Positions 46,860 to 61,010 of a stretch of DNA of 64,000 nucleotides are shown piece by piece. The DNA is from Octopus sinensis (taxonomy: Eukaryota). Made by a program: the position numbers and the translations under genes. A model generated the notes under the pieces. It ran no database searches and had not been told where the DNA came from. It was given only the letters and a program-made list of their open reading frames with translations. Position 1 is the stretch's first letter. Each line of letters opens with the position of its first letter. The DNA lies in the NCBI RefSeq assembly GCF_006345805.1, contig NC_043003.1, positions 40,052,001-40,116,000 on the forward strand, in the 5' to 3' direction.

Positions 46860-47340
46860 ACAAACAGCAGCACCATCAGTACTCTGTGATGACAGCAGCA
46901 TCGCCAACTTTTTTTTCCCCCTAAAATACAGCAGCAGCAGCAGCGTCAACAGATTCATCCCCTGCAGTGAGAAGTGACAACAGCAACAGCTGCAGCACCA
47001 ACTTGATCCAGCACCCCCTGGTACCAGACAAGCAGCAACACCAACATCAATACCAACACCACCACCACCACCACACCACCACCACCAGCAGCAGCACTAC
47101 TAACTGATTCAGCTTCCTGTAGACAGTAACAACTGCAGCAGCGGCAGCAGCAACTGATTCAGCCCCCCCCGAGTAAGATAGAAGTGGTAACTGCAGCAAC
47201 AGTAGTAGCAGCAGCAGCAGCAACAGCAGCACTTTGTCAAGCGTAACAGCAGCAACAAGCTACATCATGCAACTTTAACTAAAACAACATCATCATCATC
47301 ATCAAAAACAACAACAAACAACATTAAACTAAAAACAACT
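46860..47340 (+). repeat. CAG/CAC/CAA-rich low-complexity block
   Basis: Mixed trinucleotide runs; no long ORF on either strand. Confidence 0.85.
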
Positions 47341-47499
47341 CCTGGATCATTTGTGTATGTATTCTATTTTTTTTGTTCTTGTTGATGTTGATGATGTGTA
47401 TAAATTGTGTTTTGTTCCTTATTATTTGTGTTGAATTTTTTTAATGTTTTAATTACTTTGTTGGTTTGAAATTAAGAAGAAAGGTAAACATTTTATATA

Positions 47500-47565
<66 letters not shown>

Positions 47566-47970
47566 TAGAATATTTCTGTGATCAAAATGATAGTGTGTAC
47601 ATTGCAAATATTTTTTTTTTTTTATATCAGTTAATGAAATTATGTTTAATGACAGGTATACAATAGAAATAAAGATTTTTTTTAGTTGTAAAACATATGT
47701 CTGTTTGTGATATTAATAGCTGAAGAATTGATTATTCAGCTATTAATGAAAAGTATTTAGTACCCTGCAAATTAGCTTTGAGTTTGCTTGCTTAATATTG
47801 CTTTCAATATATATGTATATGTGTGTGTGTGTGTGTGTGTGCAAGCAACAATTATTTTAATTGTTCATAAAGACAGAAATAATGTAAGTATATAAGTTTA
47901 ACTGTGCACAATTACTTTTTGATCACCCTGCCTATGTTTGTGTGTGTGTGTATATACATATGTATACATG

Positions 47971-48001
<31 letters not shown>

Positions 48002-51000
48002 GAAGATACAAGTGGCTGCATATTGTGTATGTAATATACATTCCCATACATCTGTGTAGTATGCAATAGTTTATATATATATATGTGTGTGTGTGTGTGT
48101 GGTATATATATATATGAAATAGACATACTGTAAGTATTACATATATTCACATAAACGTATGTATATATAAATAAAAGCGCACATTATTACATCTATACAC
48201 ATTTGTATGAGTGTATGTGTGTATATATATATAAATACACACATACATGCATACATACACACCCACACTATGTGTTATGTGTATACACACACGTGTGTGT
48301 GTGAGAAGAATATTAGTAAAACATGTATGTGTGTATGTACAATGTGACCAAAAGTTTCCATACAAAAGAAATTATAAACAATATTGCATGTATTTTATTT
48401 CTTCTCTTCTGGCTAATAATGATTAACTAGAAAATTTGTTAGTTTGCCTAGTTTTTAAGGAAAATACATGATTTTTTTTTTTTCTGTTTATTATTCTTGC
48501 TTTTTTTTTTTTGCTTAACAATTGTATGTTTAAATATTGTTTGTTATGGTAAATATAATTGAATACAAACTCTGCAGAGAAATTTTTTTTATTTCATGTT
48601 TTTGCCTTTATGCTTTTGGTAAATTTCAATGAAGATGTTTCCACAGATCTGACTTATTGGTATTTGTGCTGTGTGTGATTTTGGTAGTATGTGTGTGTGT
48701 GTGTATATATATTATATTACATTATTATATATTCTAATGCAGTGCATATGTGTTGATTCTGCTATGCTGAAGTTTTTATATATAAGAAAGAAAGGTAAAA
48801 CCAGGAATATTGGGTGACATTTTAGAATTATTCTGTGGAGAAAGAAATAAAAGTTAAATTATTTTAACACAGAGAACTATATTATAGATTTTATTTATTT
48901 ATACTTTTATATATTTTTGTTGATCCACTTTCTGTTAACCTTTACCTCCCCTCTATCCACAGTTAATATGCATTTTAGGAGTATGTGTCTCACTTGTACA
49001 ATAGCATACATTGGTAAATGTTCTTTGGAAGCAGTTAGGTATCAGTAGGCAAACCAAGGGTATCCCTAGAGTTGCAGTAGATGAAATGGCACTGGGAAAG
49101 TGTTGAGTGTAATAAGAAAAGGTCCCTTTGATAGAAATTGTATCTAAAAGAAATGAAAATAAATTCCTCTTTGTTCCTCAAGGAATTTGTCTTTCTGGTC
49201 AAGATAAAGTGGGTAGAAAATATTAGCACTAAATTATCAAGGATTTAATCTAAAACCTTCATTTGTCAATCACAGCAGATTACTTTGAGCTTAAAAGCTT
49301 GATGTGATTCAACATGCTTGAAGCATCAAGAATTGAGGTGCTTGATTTGAAGAAACTCTTTGTTCTTTCTTGAAAGTTTCTACCTAATTAGAATCTTGTC
49401 AAAGCACTATGCCATTCTAGTAGCCATTTGATGGTTGATTAGTAGTTGATAATTTGCTAATTAGTGCTTGGCATTGCTTGGTTAAATTTCAACTGGAACA
49501 AGTAGATGATTTGGTTTAATTAGGAATTGCCTTCCTGCTAATTGACCATTCTTAGAATGTCTTTGAATGGTGCTTTCTTCATGATAGTGGCACCTCAGTA
49601 ATAAGCAGGACGATGATCAAACTGATTTCGAAAATATTTTGTCTTCTGTGCACTGGTATATCCAATTCTTCTATCAGTATGGAACAAAATATACATCTAC
49701 TAAGAACTGTATGGTTTTGGAAGTATTTATCAGTTATTGCCTAAGAAGAATAATACTGCATGTTTACTTCATTGACCAATTGTGTGTGTGTCGTTTATAC
49801 TCGGAATACCATCGTTTTGACTGGTTCATTCATATACGTCTTAGTGTTCTGAATTGGTCTTCATTCATGCTGCTGTTAATCAATCCCCCAGAAATTGATC
49901 CTTTCAGACCACAAAACCATTACAGCATTCAAGATTCTGTAGTATTTGATGGATGATATATTGTCTTTCACTAAGACTGGTCTAATGCATGTATATCTAC
50001 AAAGAGCTATTGCTGACTTTTTTTAATGTTTACATCTCAGTTAGTTAGGATCAACGTAGAGTGAAGTATCTAACCCAGAAGTATGAGACACTAGCTATTA
50101 CATAAGGACATGGTAAATTACTGTCATACATTATCTCAACTGGGACAGTCTCATTGTTCTGGGAAAGCATCTGCGGGTCATATATGCCTCTCTCACCTTC
50201 ATCCCCAATCCACTTCTCTGTTGTATGGCCAATGTTGTTTCCTTTCCATTTACTGTGATTCACATTGAAATTTAATTACCTGCTTTAGAAGAGATTAAGA
50301 GGTAAAGTAAGAGGGGTGGGAGCTGTGCCTAGGCTACCAATGGAAAGGGGAAATGATGTCTAGAGTTGAGTGATACAACACTATTAGCCATAGGAAAAAA
50401 ATTAAGCTTTATTCTGAATCAAGTTCGTCACCACTGTGGGAATATAATTAAACCATTGACTGTTAAATCTGAGGTTGTACCTGACATGTGATGACAACTG
50501 GTGAAAAAAACCAGATATGTCAAACATACAGCTCACAGCCCAGATCCAGCCCCCTTGGCTCAATTCTATAAAGAAAATATTTTGTAAAATATGTGACTAG
50601 CATGTGTTCATAGTTGAACTCCTTTCGGAGTTTCCATTAATGCCGGTTCTAATTTGTCAAATTTCTGCAACCAGCCAGTAAAGAAAGAAAGTCCATAATT
50701 TCATGTACTAAAAGATGTGATCTATTTTCCCTTCACTTGTCTGTAGATGGAAGTTGTTTTCTTATGTTTTGCAAATGATATTCAATGGATTGGGTTCTAG
50801 TGGTATGAATGCTATTGAAATTTCATGCAGTAGTAACTGCAAATTTTCTATTGTGTCTTGGTATTCTCAAGAACTTATCTGCATTCAGTTGGACTGTTTT
50901 TTTGTCTCCTTTCTTCCTCTAAGGATATTATGTGGATGTGTTTGTGTTCAGAGATGCATCTCTGTGCACAAATTTCTTGAACATCATTATTGTTGAAGCC

Positions 51001-53439
51001 AATGAGTTTGAAGTTGTATATGTACACATGTATACTTATGTGTGCATTCACATTTATGTGACTGTAAAGTGTGTTGTATTCATTTTGTATATGTCTTGTC
51101 TCATTCTCTTGAAAATGATGTAGAACAGTTGTTGTATTGAGGATGCCTGTTGAAGGAGAAAAAAAGCATTCACAGCTGTTCTCTTGTCTTTTGACTGAGT
51201 CTTTTTCTTAAAGGTATATCAGTTTTTGGAGAATTTTTTTTATTCTTGAGATTAATTACTTTTTTAATCTGGAGCTAGCACCATTTGCTAGCAACTGAGC
51301 AGTCTCCTTTCTCTTGGAGCAGAGATAATTTCAATAAATCGAAAATTGATCTTTTTCTGCTATTTGCCTTTGTTCAAATATATGCCACTGGCCATACATT
51401 TGAACAACACTTTGCGCATTTTAGTTTTGTGTGTGAGATTGAATTTCATGTATAGCGACATAAAACTGCATCTTGTTGCGTATCTTTGCGCCAAAAAGTA
51501 ACGTAGCTATTCGCTTGGGATCGATAAAGTAAGTACCATACTGCAATTAGTTGTAGGATCGATATATTCGACCAATAACCTCTGAAGGCAGTATTCTAGC
51601 ATGGCTTTAGTTTCGTTCTTCAACTAGGAAAGAGCATAAACAACCATCTTGAATATCCTCGAAATTATATGGTCATGGCTAAATGCCTTTATTATACACG
51701 GTTTTCAATTAGGGTTGACCTGCGATTAAACAAAAGCTAGGATCTTAAAGAAGGCTTCTGGTTGGTAAGCTTAACAGGCTAGATCGCAAAATCAAGCAAG
51801 TCCTTCCTTCAAAAAAAAAAAAAAAAATCGGAGTGGTCATTGCTGGAACGCCTTTGACATCAGAGTCAGGGCGTAGGTTAGGGCGAACTAGGAGCTAAAT
51901 GACAACCAGGACATTGTGCTATGGGAAAATTATTAATTAAAGGTACACGAGTTTTAACTGTCCCTTCGTTCTTTCTTATAGTTTAGCCTCACACACCACG
52001 TTGCTCGCTTTTTATTCTTTACCTCTGTGCTAAATACATTGTGTATCCCCTTCCTTCCTTCCTTTTGCAGGTTACACGTGTGTCTGTACCGTGTTGGTAG
52101 TAGCAGTAGTGGTGATAGTGTAATTGCAGCGTGAGTGGGTCACGTGACACACACACAAAAATGAAATTCGCTGGGTACTAACTAATGGCTTTGCGTGTCT
52201 CCAGCAAAATATAGAAGCTAATAATAACTTGTGGATGAGAATCATTAGAGCGTTGGTAAAAGTGCCTTATGGCACTCGTTCAGTCTTTAGGTTGTTCTGA
52301 GGTCAAATACTGTCGAGGTCAACAGTATCTTTCATCCCTTCTGGCGTTGATATTAAATACCAGGTCGATCAATCGTTTAACCTTATCCCCTCAACATTGC
52401 TGGCCTTGTACCCAAATCACTAAATTATATATATTGAAATGCTGGACAAATTACCTGCGGTGTTTAGTTACTGCTCTTCATAGATTGAATTCGAATTTAG
52501 CTTTACCTGTTATCCTTCTTGGATTGATTAATTATAAAGAAAATAAAAAATATTAACCACAGTCTAGTCCATTTAGTATTGCTATGAATCTTTCTAGATG
52601 TGAAAGGAATTACATATAAAAAAAAAAACTGTATAGTACAGAATGATTCTTTAAGAGTATCTACAACTTCATTTGTAGAGGAAATGAGGTTTTGAGTATG
52701 AACGGTTTAATATCTTACGACACGCTAACTTGTTGAAATCTAGAGTAGAGAGCTATTTTTATTTGCCTTCACTTTTTCTTTCCACTTGCCATTGATAGCG
52801 GTTGGAGGATCTTGTTACATCTCCTTCCAACCTCTTGAAGTTTTTCAAATTTTTACCATGTTATTTAAAAAAAAAAAAAATGTAGTTTTGATTGCGGTTC
52901 TGCTGATGACGAACAAAGCGTTCGTTTTGTTTTGTTTTGAAATTAATAAAGATGTCTCAAGTATCTCGAGTTGTGTGCAATTTTAGCCAAACGTGCATCA
53001 GCATGCAAAACTTACATTAAGAGAAAAGAATAATATGACAAAAATTTGAAATTCTCCACGTGGTTGAAAGAAATTTAATAAGGATCCTATCGTTTTCTTA
53101 AATCCCTGTCTGAAACCCTCCTTCCTCTTAACAGATGTCATGTGTTGTATGAGCGCGCGAGAATTGGGGCAACATTGTTTTCCTTTGTTTTTAAGTATAT
53201 GCCTATAGGGTAAAGTTAATTTCAAATGAACGGTCATTCGTCTGAATCGACTATCATGGAATAAATTAGGTTTTCACAAGGACTTGTCGAATGCATAGAC
53301 GCAAGAGTTAGATTCTGACCCAGGACCTTCATCCCATTCCAGGGTTAGAATAGGCGATCTATATAGTTCTTCAAGTCAAAAACGAAAGATCCCCGTGGAA
53401 TAAATACTAGTCATAAATGGTAAAAATAAATCGATTCTA

Positions 53440-53760
53440 TCTCCTGCTTAGTAGCATTTCGTCTCTCTGTACGTTCTAGGTTCAAATTCTGCCAAGATTG
53501 ACATTGCCTTTCATCCTTTCGTGGTCTATGAAATGAATAATAGTTGCATCCCTGGGGGTCGATGTAATCGACTAGCCCCCCCACCCCACAAAAAATTCAG
53601 GCCTCGTGCTTATTATAATTGAAAGTATTATTATTACCATCATCATTATTTTCAAATCCCGTCGATGTCACCTTTGCCTTTCATCCTTTGGGGTCAAATA
53701 AAATAAGTACTAGTTGATCACTAAAATTGCTGGCCTTGTGCCAAAGATTTGAAACCGTTA
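53440..53760 (+). mobile_element. Two degenerate family B SINE fragments
   Basis: GGTTCAAATTCTGCC..CATTGCCTTTCATCCTTTC and GGGGTCGATGTAATCGACT blocks. Confidence 0.7.
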
Positions 53761-54163
53761 TTATTATTATAATTATCTTCATAAAATCTCTCCGAGGTTT
53801 GCCTTTATCTTTACGGGATCGTTAAAAACAAAAAGAAATATCTGTCTACTACAGGGGTCGAATATAATCGCGTATCCCACCGCCCTTTAAAATTGCTGGT
53901 CTTGTGCCAAAGTTTGAAACGAATTGTTTCTTCAATATTTAAAATAGAATCAATGTTGGTTTCTACGTTACAAGGAGAGAATCATATCTACTTCCTTTTC
54001 CTGAGTTCATTAAAACCGGTCCAGATAAACTACACTCCTTGCTACCTCCCACACCACTGCTTACATTGTTATCTTCGAAAAATCTGCATGACTTGAATGT
54101 ATGATTTTGCTAAAACTCACAGCGGTATTAGAGTTAAAAGTATGTGTGATGGATAAATCCTTC

Positions 54164-54194
<31 letters not shown>

Positions 54195-55860
54195 AATACG
54201 CGCGCTTGTGGGGCGGAGTCGTTTTCGAAAACAATATCCTGAATTTTGATTTGAATCCACAAATTTTGATAACCGTTTGGTAGTATTATTAGGTGTGATT
54301 ATAAACGGCTTCTACTACTATTACTACTCTTTCTCTCTCTGCTGTGTGGACTAAGGACTTTATCAGTTGTTACCGCTTGTTTGCAATGCCTTCATATCGT
54401 ATGGGCGCCGAACCCTTGTGTCTAACAACGAAGGGCTATTTAAAAATGAATTCATTTTTAATACGTTCACGAGGGCAAAATATGTATGTGAACATTTTTT
54501 CTCTGAAATATTCATATTAAATCCGTCTCTATCTCCCTTCAGTAATGTAAAATACTGGTGATATTGTGATATTTTGTTACACGAGGTATAATTAGGTTAT
54601 TTTATGGAGAGCCGAGTAGCAGTTCTAGTGTGACAGTTTTTCTTGTATGTATGTGTACACACACATTCTCTCTCCCCCATGTGTGTGTTAAATCCCTCTA
54701 CGGTTGGCAAAATAAATACCAAATGAGTACTGTGAGTCTCATCGGCTATAAATAACCAACCTCCCCCAGATTTGAGGCCTTGTATCTGTTAGAAAATATG
54801 TCCCAGTTCATCTAAATACGAGTTATTTCTTTATAAGAAATTCAAGAGTAAATTAGAGTTAGATTAAACATATTGTGTTATATATATATAACTTTTTATC
54901 TTATGTTTTTATTTTTATATAACATCCTTATACCCACATTTTATTTTCTGAAAGAGTAACTTAATATTCTATTAATTACATCTATAAATACATCGAGGAC
55001 ACGTTTACTAGTGTTTTAAGCTCCCGTTTCAATGTTGGACTTATCTGCTTGTTTCTTGACCTCTCTTTCTCTTTACTATTTTTATTGTTCCTTTCTATTC
55101 TTTTCCTTTAATTTCTACGCTTTCCTTTTTCTTTTTTTTTTTGGCACCTTTCCTCCACTTTTCTTTCTCCCCTTCATCCTATCTCTTTCTATCACACACT
55201 CTCTCTTTCTCTCTTGTTGCTACTGCTTTTTCTCTTAATCTAGTCTTTCTCTCTCGTTTTGATGGTCAATGACTCGAACACAACTCCTACGTCTATCTAG
55301 TCTCCCGTCTCTCTTTAATCTGTTTACATCTCTTCAGGTTTAGAGACGGATTAATCGTGCTGTGTAAATTATAATAAAATCAAGGTTGTTTCACCACTAT
55401 TACCGCCACTGCCACCCACTACTGCAACAGCACGTTTGGCACCTGATTTTCATTCCCACTTAGTTATAAACTGCTATTCGCCATATATCTCTAATACTGT
55501 TAGAGCAAAGCATATATGTCCCATATATGTTCATTTTATTTGGCGGGGGAGTATTGTTACTTATGTCGGACGCCTACTACTAGCAGCAAAGTTGTGTGTG
55601 TACGTTTCTAAAATGACGGGATAGCCAAAAATGATTTCGATCTTGGTTGTACTCAGCGTTGACCTCGGACAGCAATTACCACGATTAACTACATTGCTAT
55701 TCCTGTCATGTAAAAGCTGGTAAAGCTCTCTTGATGTGACTATTTTTAACTGTTAACTTAACCCTGCCTGTCTCTCTCCGTTTCACTTGCTGTAGCTGGG
55801 TGGTTAAAATGCTTGCTTCCCAACCATATGACCTTGGGTTCTGTTCCGCTGCGTGGCACG

Positions 55861-56228
55861 CGAATTTTTTTTTTTTTTTCTCACAAGAGTTCCGGACCCC
55901 AGTAATGAACACATTTTGATCAACAGGGTCAAACTTTAAACCTCTATAACTTTTTAAAAACATTTTTATGGAAAAGAATGAAACAGCTGCAGTAATTCGG
56001 TTTGGGCAATTTTATTATTGTGCCGACGTCGGAGTAACCAATAAACATCGAAAGATCAACACCAAGAAAGAAGAAATAGTATTTACATATATTTATTTGG
56101 GAAAAAGTAAGGAATACACGGTGCTGAATAGAAAGGAAGACAGGGTAGAGATGGCTCTGCTCTGATTGGCTGTATGCAAATGAGTGCATTACTGGGGTCC
56201 AGAACTCTAGTGGAGGAAAAAATTTTGC
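55861..56228. mobile_element. MITE with ~50-bp imperfect TIRs
   Basis: AGAGTTCCGGACCCCAGTAATGAACACATTT / AAATGAGTGCATTACTGGGGTCCAGAACTCT; possible 5-bp duplication GCACG at 55856 and 56229. Confidence 0.75.
56164..56183 (+). promoter_or_regulatory. Adjacent CCAAT (reverse) and octamer motifs inside the MITE
   Basis: GATTGGCT at 56164-56171 and ATGCAAATGA at 56174-56183; motif match only. Confidence 0.3.
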
Positions 56229-57919
56229 GCACGGTACCTTGGAAAGTTATTTATTACTATAACCTTGGGTCGACCAAAACTTTGTGAGTGGATTTGGTTG
56301 ACAGACATTGAAAAATGTACTTATTTGTGTTTGTTCCCCACAACACTTGCCAGCCAGTGTTGGTTTATATCCCCGTAACCTAGTAGTTCAGTAAAAGACA
56401 TCGATAGAATAAGTAGAAGGATTAAAAGAATATGTACTGCAGTCGATTTATTCAACTAAACCCTTGAAGGTGGTGCCCCAGCACGACTACAGTCCACTGA
56501 TTAGCAAATAAAAGTATAAAAAGTAAAACTTTTCGTACACATCACCTTAACTGTAATGTATGTATTATAAAAAGCTAATCCTTTCTGAACCACAGGGAGC
56601 CCTTAGGTTGCAGCTGTTTTTTAGGATTAAATGGATATGCGATAGATCTACTCAACATAATTCTACTGCAACAAAAACATCATCAAAGGAGCCTCTGTTG
56701 TTTGCCCTGTTGGAAAAAGGAATTGAAATTCTCTCATATCACACTCTATTACTGATGTTGGATGTGTCTCTCCAGGGTAATGTAATCCTGGATTAACTGG
56801 ATGATCATGAATGCAATGCTTTTGATCACATAGCTGCCCTGTTAGAGCCAGCCTAGGGATAAAGAACTACAACTTGATAGATAGATTAGCAGAATTGGCA
56901 AATAGACAAAATGCCTTGGGTATTTGGTTACGACCTTTCATCTCTGAGTTTGAAAAGTTGCCACAGTCCATTTTGGCTTTAACATTTCTTCTAGGATTAA
57001 TAAAATATATATTCGAGTTAAGTCATTCTAATCAATAACCTCCTTCCCTCACTTGCAACCTTTGGATTGGCAGAATGTCAGAAAAAATGCTAAGCAGTAT
57101 TTGTTCTGGCCCTTTATGTTCTGAATTCAAATCTGGATGAGATCACTTTTGCTTTGTACCCTTCTGTAGTCAGTTGCTAGGGTTGATCATTTCCTCTCCC
57201 CAAAATTTCTGGCTTTGTGCCTCTCCTTTTTTGTCTTTTAGTTGGTCAGAAAAATAATGCCCAAGATTGGTTTGAGGATACCTTTCTCCCTTCCACCAAA
57301 GTATTAAACCCAATTGCTTGCAAGAGAATGGATTCCACTAAAGGAACTCAAGGTTCTAGGTGGTGGTGGTATTAAACCAGCAATAAATTAAATCTACACC
57401 CAAGTAGGCCACAGCAAGATTTGAACTCAGAATGCAAACAGCCAGAAAAGAGAAAAAAAAATACTGTGAGGTATCTGGTCTAGTGTTTTTACAATTCTAC
57501 CAATCAACCTCCCTAGTTTGGTATGTTTTTATTGACCTTGAAAAGATGAAAGGCAAAGTTGATCATGGTGGGATTTGAACTTAGAGCACAGAATTGAAAC
57601 AAATATGATGAGGTATTCTGTTTGATACTATATTGTCCTACCATTTCACTACCTTATGAAATTTCTCTAGAAATTATTATTGCAAAGACAAGTGGAGTAA
57701 AATTGTTAAAGCATTGTACAAAATACCACTCAGTTATAGTCTGAGGTCAACTTGAATAAACTTTTTTTGTTCTCAAAAACTCAATAAAATAGGTACTAGT
57801 GTAATATTGGGGTCTTCTAAACATCTGTGACCTTCATGGATTTTTAACAGTCAGCATAGGCCAAGTGAAATTGTAGTTGTGGACAGTGCTAGTGACATAG
57901 AAAAGGCACTGTTGCAGTG

Positions 57920-58250
57920 CCAAATAAAAGGTGCTTGTGACAGTGACACAAAAGGTGCAGATGGTGGTGACATGTTAAAGGCACAAACAACGGTGACACT
58001 AGAAGGCACCTGCAACTGTGATGTGTAAAAAGCACCTACAATGGTGACGTGTAAAAGGCACCTACAATGGTGACTCGTAGAAGGCACCCACTACACTCTT
58101 TGCGTGGTTGGTGTTAGGAAGGGCATCCAGCTGTACAAACTCTGCCAGATCAGACTGGAGCCTAGTACAGCTCTCTGGCTTGCCAGTTTCAGTCAAACCA
58201 TCTAACCCATGCCTGCATGGAAAATGGATGCTAAATTATGATGATGATGG
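57920..58250 (+). mobile_element. Family D repeat
   Basis: Subrepeats GTAAAAAGCACCTACAATGGTGAC; GGAAGGGCATCCAGCTG; (GAT)n end. Confidence 0.78.
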
Positions 58251-58860
58251 ATATGCTATATTGGCTCAGAGCTACTGAGATATTAATATTTTTCAGGTTT
58301 GACATAAGGCCAGTAATTTTGAGGCAAGGATTGGGTTGATTGTATTGGCCTACAGCACTGAACTGGTACATATTTTATTGACTCTGAAAGGATGAAACAC
58401 AAAGTCGACCTAAGCAGCATTTAAAATCAGAACATGAAGAACTGGAAGAAATGCTCCTAAGCATTTTGTCCAGCACAGTAACGAGTCTACCAGTTAGATG
58501 CCTTCCACTAATAATGCATGTTAGATTAAAATTTTCTTCTAGAACGCAATTGTTCATAATACATATCTTATCTAAGTTGTGCAACTCTATGCACAAAGTA
58601 CTTTAGTTGTTTCCTTATATGTACAAATTGCAGTAGTAGTTTCTACTTGTATTTTGTTAAGATTACTTATCTTCTGTGAAAGCTGTCACCTTTAAGTGTG
58701 GAATGTGAAGTGCTTCTAGTTTGTCTCAGATCACTTTTGGCATATCCAGCTCCTATTACTTCTTTCATAACATTAAATTCACACGAGTAACATGGTGGTA
58801 CTTTGGCAAACTGAAGTGGTATTGATACTACCTGAAGGAAGGCTAGTTTAGACAGGTTGA

Positions 58861-59088
58861 AGGCGGTGAGCTGGCAGAAATGTTAGCACACTGGGCGAAA
58901 TGCTTATTGGTATTTCGTCTGTCGCTACGTTCTGAGTTCAAATTCCGCCGAGGTCGACTTTGCTTTTCATCCTTTCGGAGTCGATAAAGTGCCAGTTACG
59001 CACTGGGGTCGATATAATTGACTTAATCCGTTTGTCTGTCCTTGCTTGTCCTCTCTGTGTTTAGCCCCTTGTGGGTAGTAAAGAAATA
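58861..59088 (+). mobile_element. Family B SINE, full length, 9-bp TSD
   Basis: AGGTTGAAG at 58854-58862 and 59088-59096. Confidence 0.9.
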
Positions 59089-60129
59089 GGTTGAAGTATG
59101 TGTGTGTGTGTGTGTGTGTATACATAATTACATTATGTATACACACATATAGATAGATATAATCTCTCCAAATGTAAGCTAAAGAGGAAGATAGTATACT
59201 GAATATATGAATAAAGCTTGTTCATATAACTCTGAAGCCAAGATAGATAAGTGATTGTGTGTACACATGCATGTGCACATACATATTAGAAAGAATCACA
59301 AAACCATCTTGTTTTGCAGAGAGCAGACATAAAATGGCCGAGTGGATAAGGCATTGAATTACCTGTTCATAAACTGTGAGCTCAAATAACTCACAGCCGT
59401 TCTATTTTTTGATTTATAGCAGTGTCTGTTCATCTGTCTAGTTGGCAAGAATGGGTGCTGAGTCTGGGGGATATTGGTGATAGACTGGTATTCTATCTAT
59501 AGATGCTAGGTTGACATTGTTTAACAAAGCATATCTCTATGACCTATTTATGTAATATATTTTTTTATTAAGAGAATAATCTGTGATGTATTCTGTGTCT
59601 TATTTGCTGTATGTTTGTAAGTACTGGCATTTTGGTTGTGATGTTATGTGTCTCTTTTTATCGCTCCATTTCTTACAAAGATATACTGTTGTAATTTGAA
59701 ATTGATATGTTAAGGAAGCTTTCTGTTTTTTTGCTATGCAATTATGAGGAATAAATAATTAATCTCCTTGTCTGTCTGATTAACATAGAAGAGACTATGA
59801 TTTCTTTCTCATTGCCTAAGAACTTTTTGCAGCGTGTTTGTGCCCCATCTCTTTTTGCCTCTGGCTATTTTCATTATGCTGGCCTAATTTCCAGTGTTAT
59901 ATAAAAAAACTGCCAACCGTGTCATACTTTTAGTTATATTCTATTTTGGCTAACAGGTAATTGAAACCATGTCCTTGATTGTTTAACTTTTTATAGTTTG
60001 TTCCATATTTATCCACTTCTATTCTGCTCAGTATTGATCATGTCAGGGCTTTTTGTAGTCCTGGTTTCTATTTAGTTCCTACTCATTACCATCTGTTACC
60101 TCATAAAAGAAATCATTACAATGACTAAT

Positions 60130-60535
60130 CAGCATGCTGGCAGAGTCATTAGGGTGTTAGGGAAAATGCTTAACAGCATTTCTACCGTCTTTCTATGTTC
60201 TGAGTTCAAATACTGCTGAGATCAGCTTAGCCTTTCATCCTTTCTAGGTCAAAGAAATAAGTACCAGTCAAGTATTGGGTTGATTTAATCAACTTATCCA
60301 CTCCCTTGCAATTGCTGGCCTTGTGCCAAAATTTGGAGCTGGTAGGATTGTTAGCACACTGGGTAAAATGCTTAGTGGCATTTCATCTGTCTTTACATTC
60401 TGAGTTCAAACTCTGCTGTGGTCGACTTTGTCTTTCATCCTTTGATAAAATAAGTATCGGTTGAGTAGTGGGGTTGATGTAATCAACTAGCCCCATCCCT
60501 CGAAATTGCTGGCCTTGTACCAAAATTTGAAACCA
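60130..60535 (+). mobile_element. Two tandem degenerate family B SINEs
   Basis: Two GAGTTCAAA..CTTTCATCCTTT..AATAAGTA blocks. Confidence 0.75.
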
Positions 60536-60546
60536 TTATTATTATT

Positions 60547-61010
60547 GTTGTTTTACTTCTTAGTGCGTTCGGTCTTGTTTGCTCTGGTTGATTCTGTGAG
60601 AGCGGACATCCACCTTTTGCCAGTGGTCTCACAGGTCTCTTTACGCACATTATAAGCTCTGATACTTGGTTGTTTATTATCATGGAAGATATTCAACATC
60701 TCAGTACCAATCTCAAAATCCTAGCTGTACCCAGCAAAGCAGTTTTGGGGCTTGTTCTGCTCTCATAACAATTCCAATTTCTCTGACATATTTCTTGGAC
60801 TTCGTTGTTAGTGCTCCAAGTGCCCTTACAACTGCTGGGATGACACACACTCTCATCATCGTCCATGTTCTTGCAATTTCATCTTTTAGTAGTCTGTACT
60901 TTTTAATTTTTTCTAGTTTTTTTGTCACTTATACATACATCTCCAGGTATTGCAATGTCTATACTCTTGGTTTCCTTTTTTCCTTTATCTATCATAACAA
61001 TATTCTTGTT
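60547..61010 (-). mobile_element. 3' fragment of an R4/Dong-type LINE (RLE domain) embedded in (ATT)n
   Basis: NIVMIDKGKKETKSIDIAIPGD / KLEKIKKYRLLKDEIARTWTM..VIPAVVRALG is the (P)D..D restriction-like endonuclease pattern; ATT runs at 60535-60546 and 61011-61019. Confidence 0.8.

Larger units (their letters stand above)
55790..56520 (+). mobile_element. Degenerate family A SINE split by a MITE
   Basis: Head at 55790-55860; the body resumes at 56229 (GTACCTTGGAAAG..CTTTGTGAGTGGATTTGG). Confidence 0.75.
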
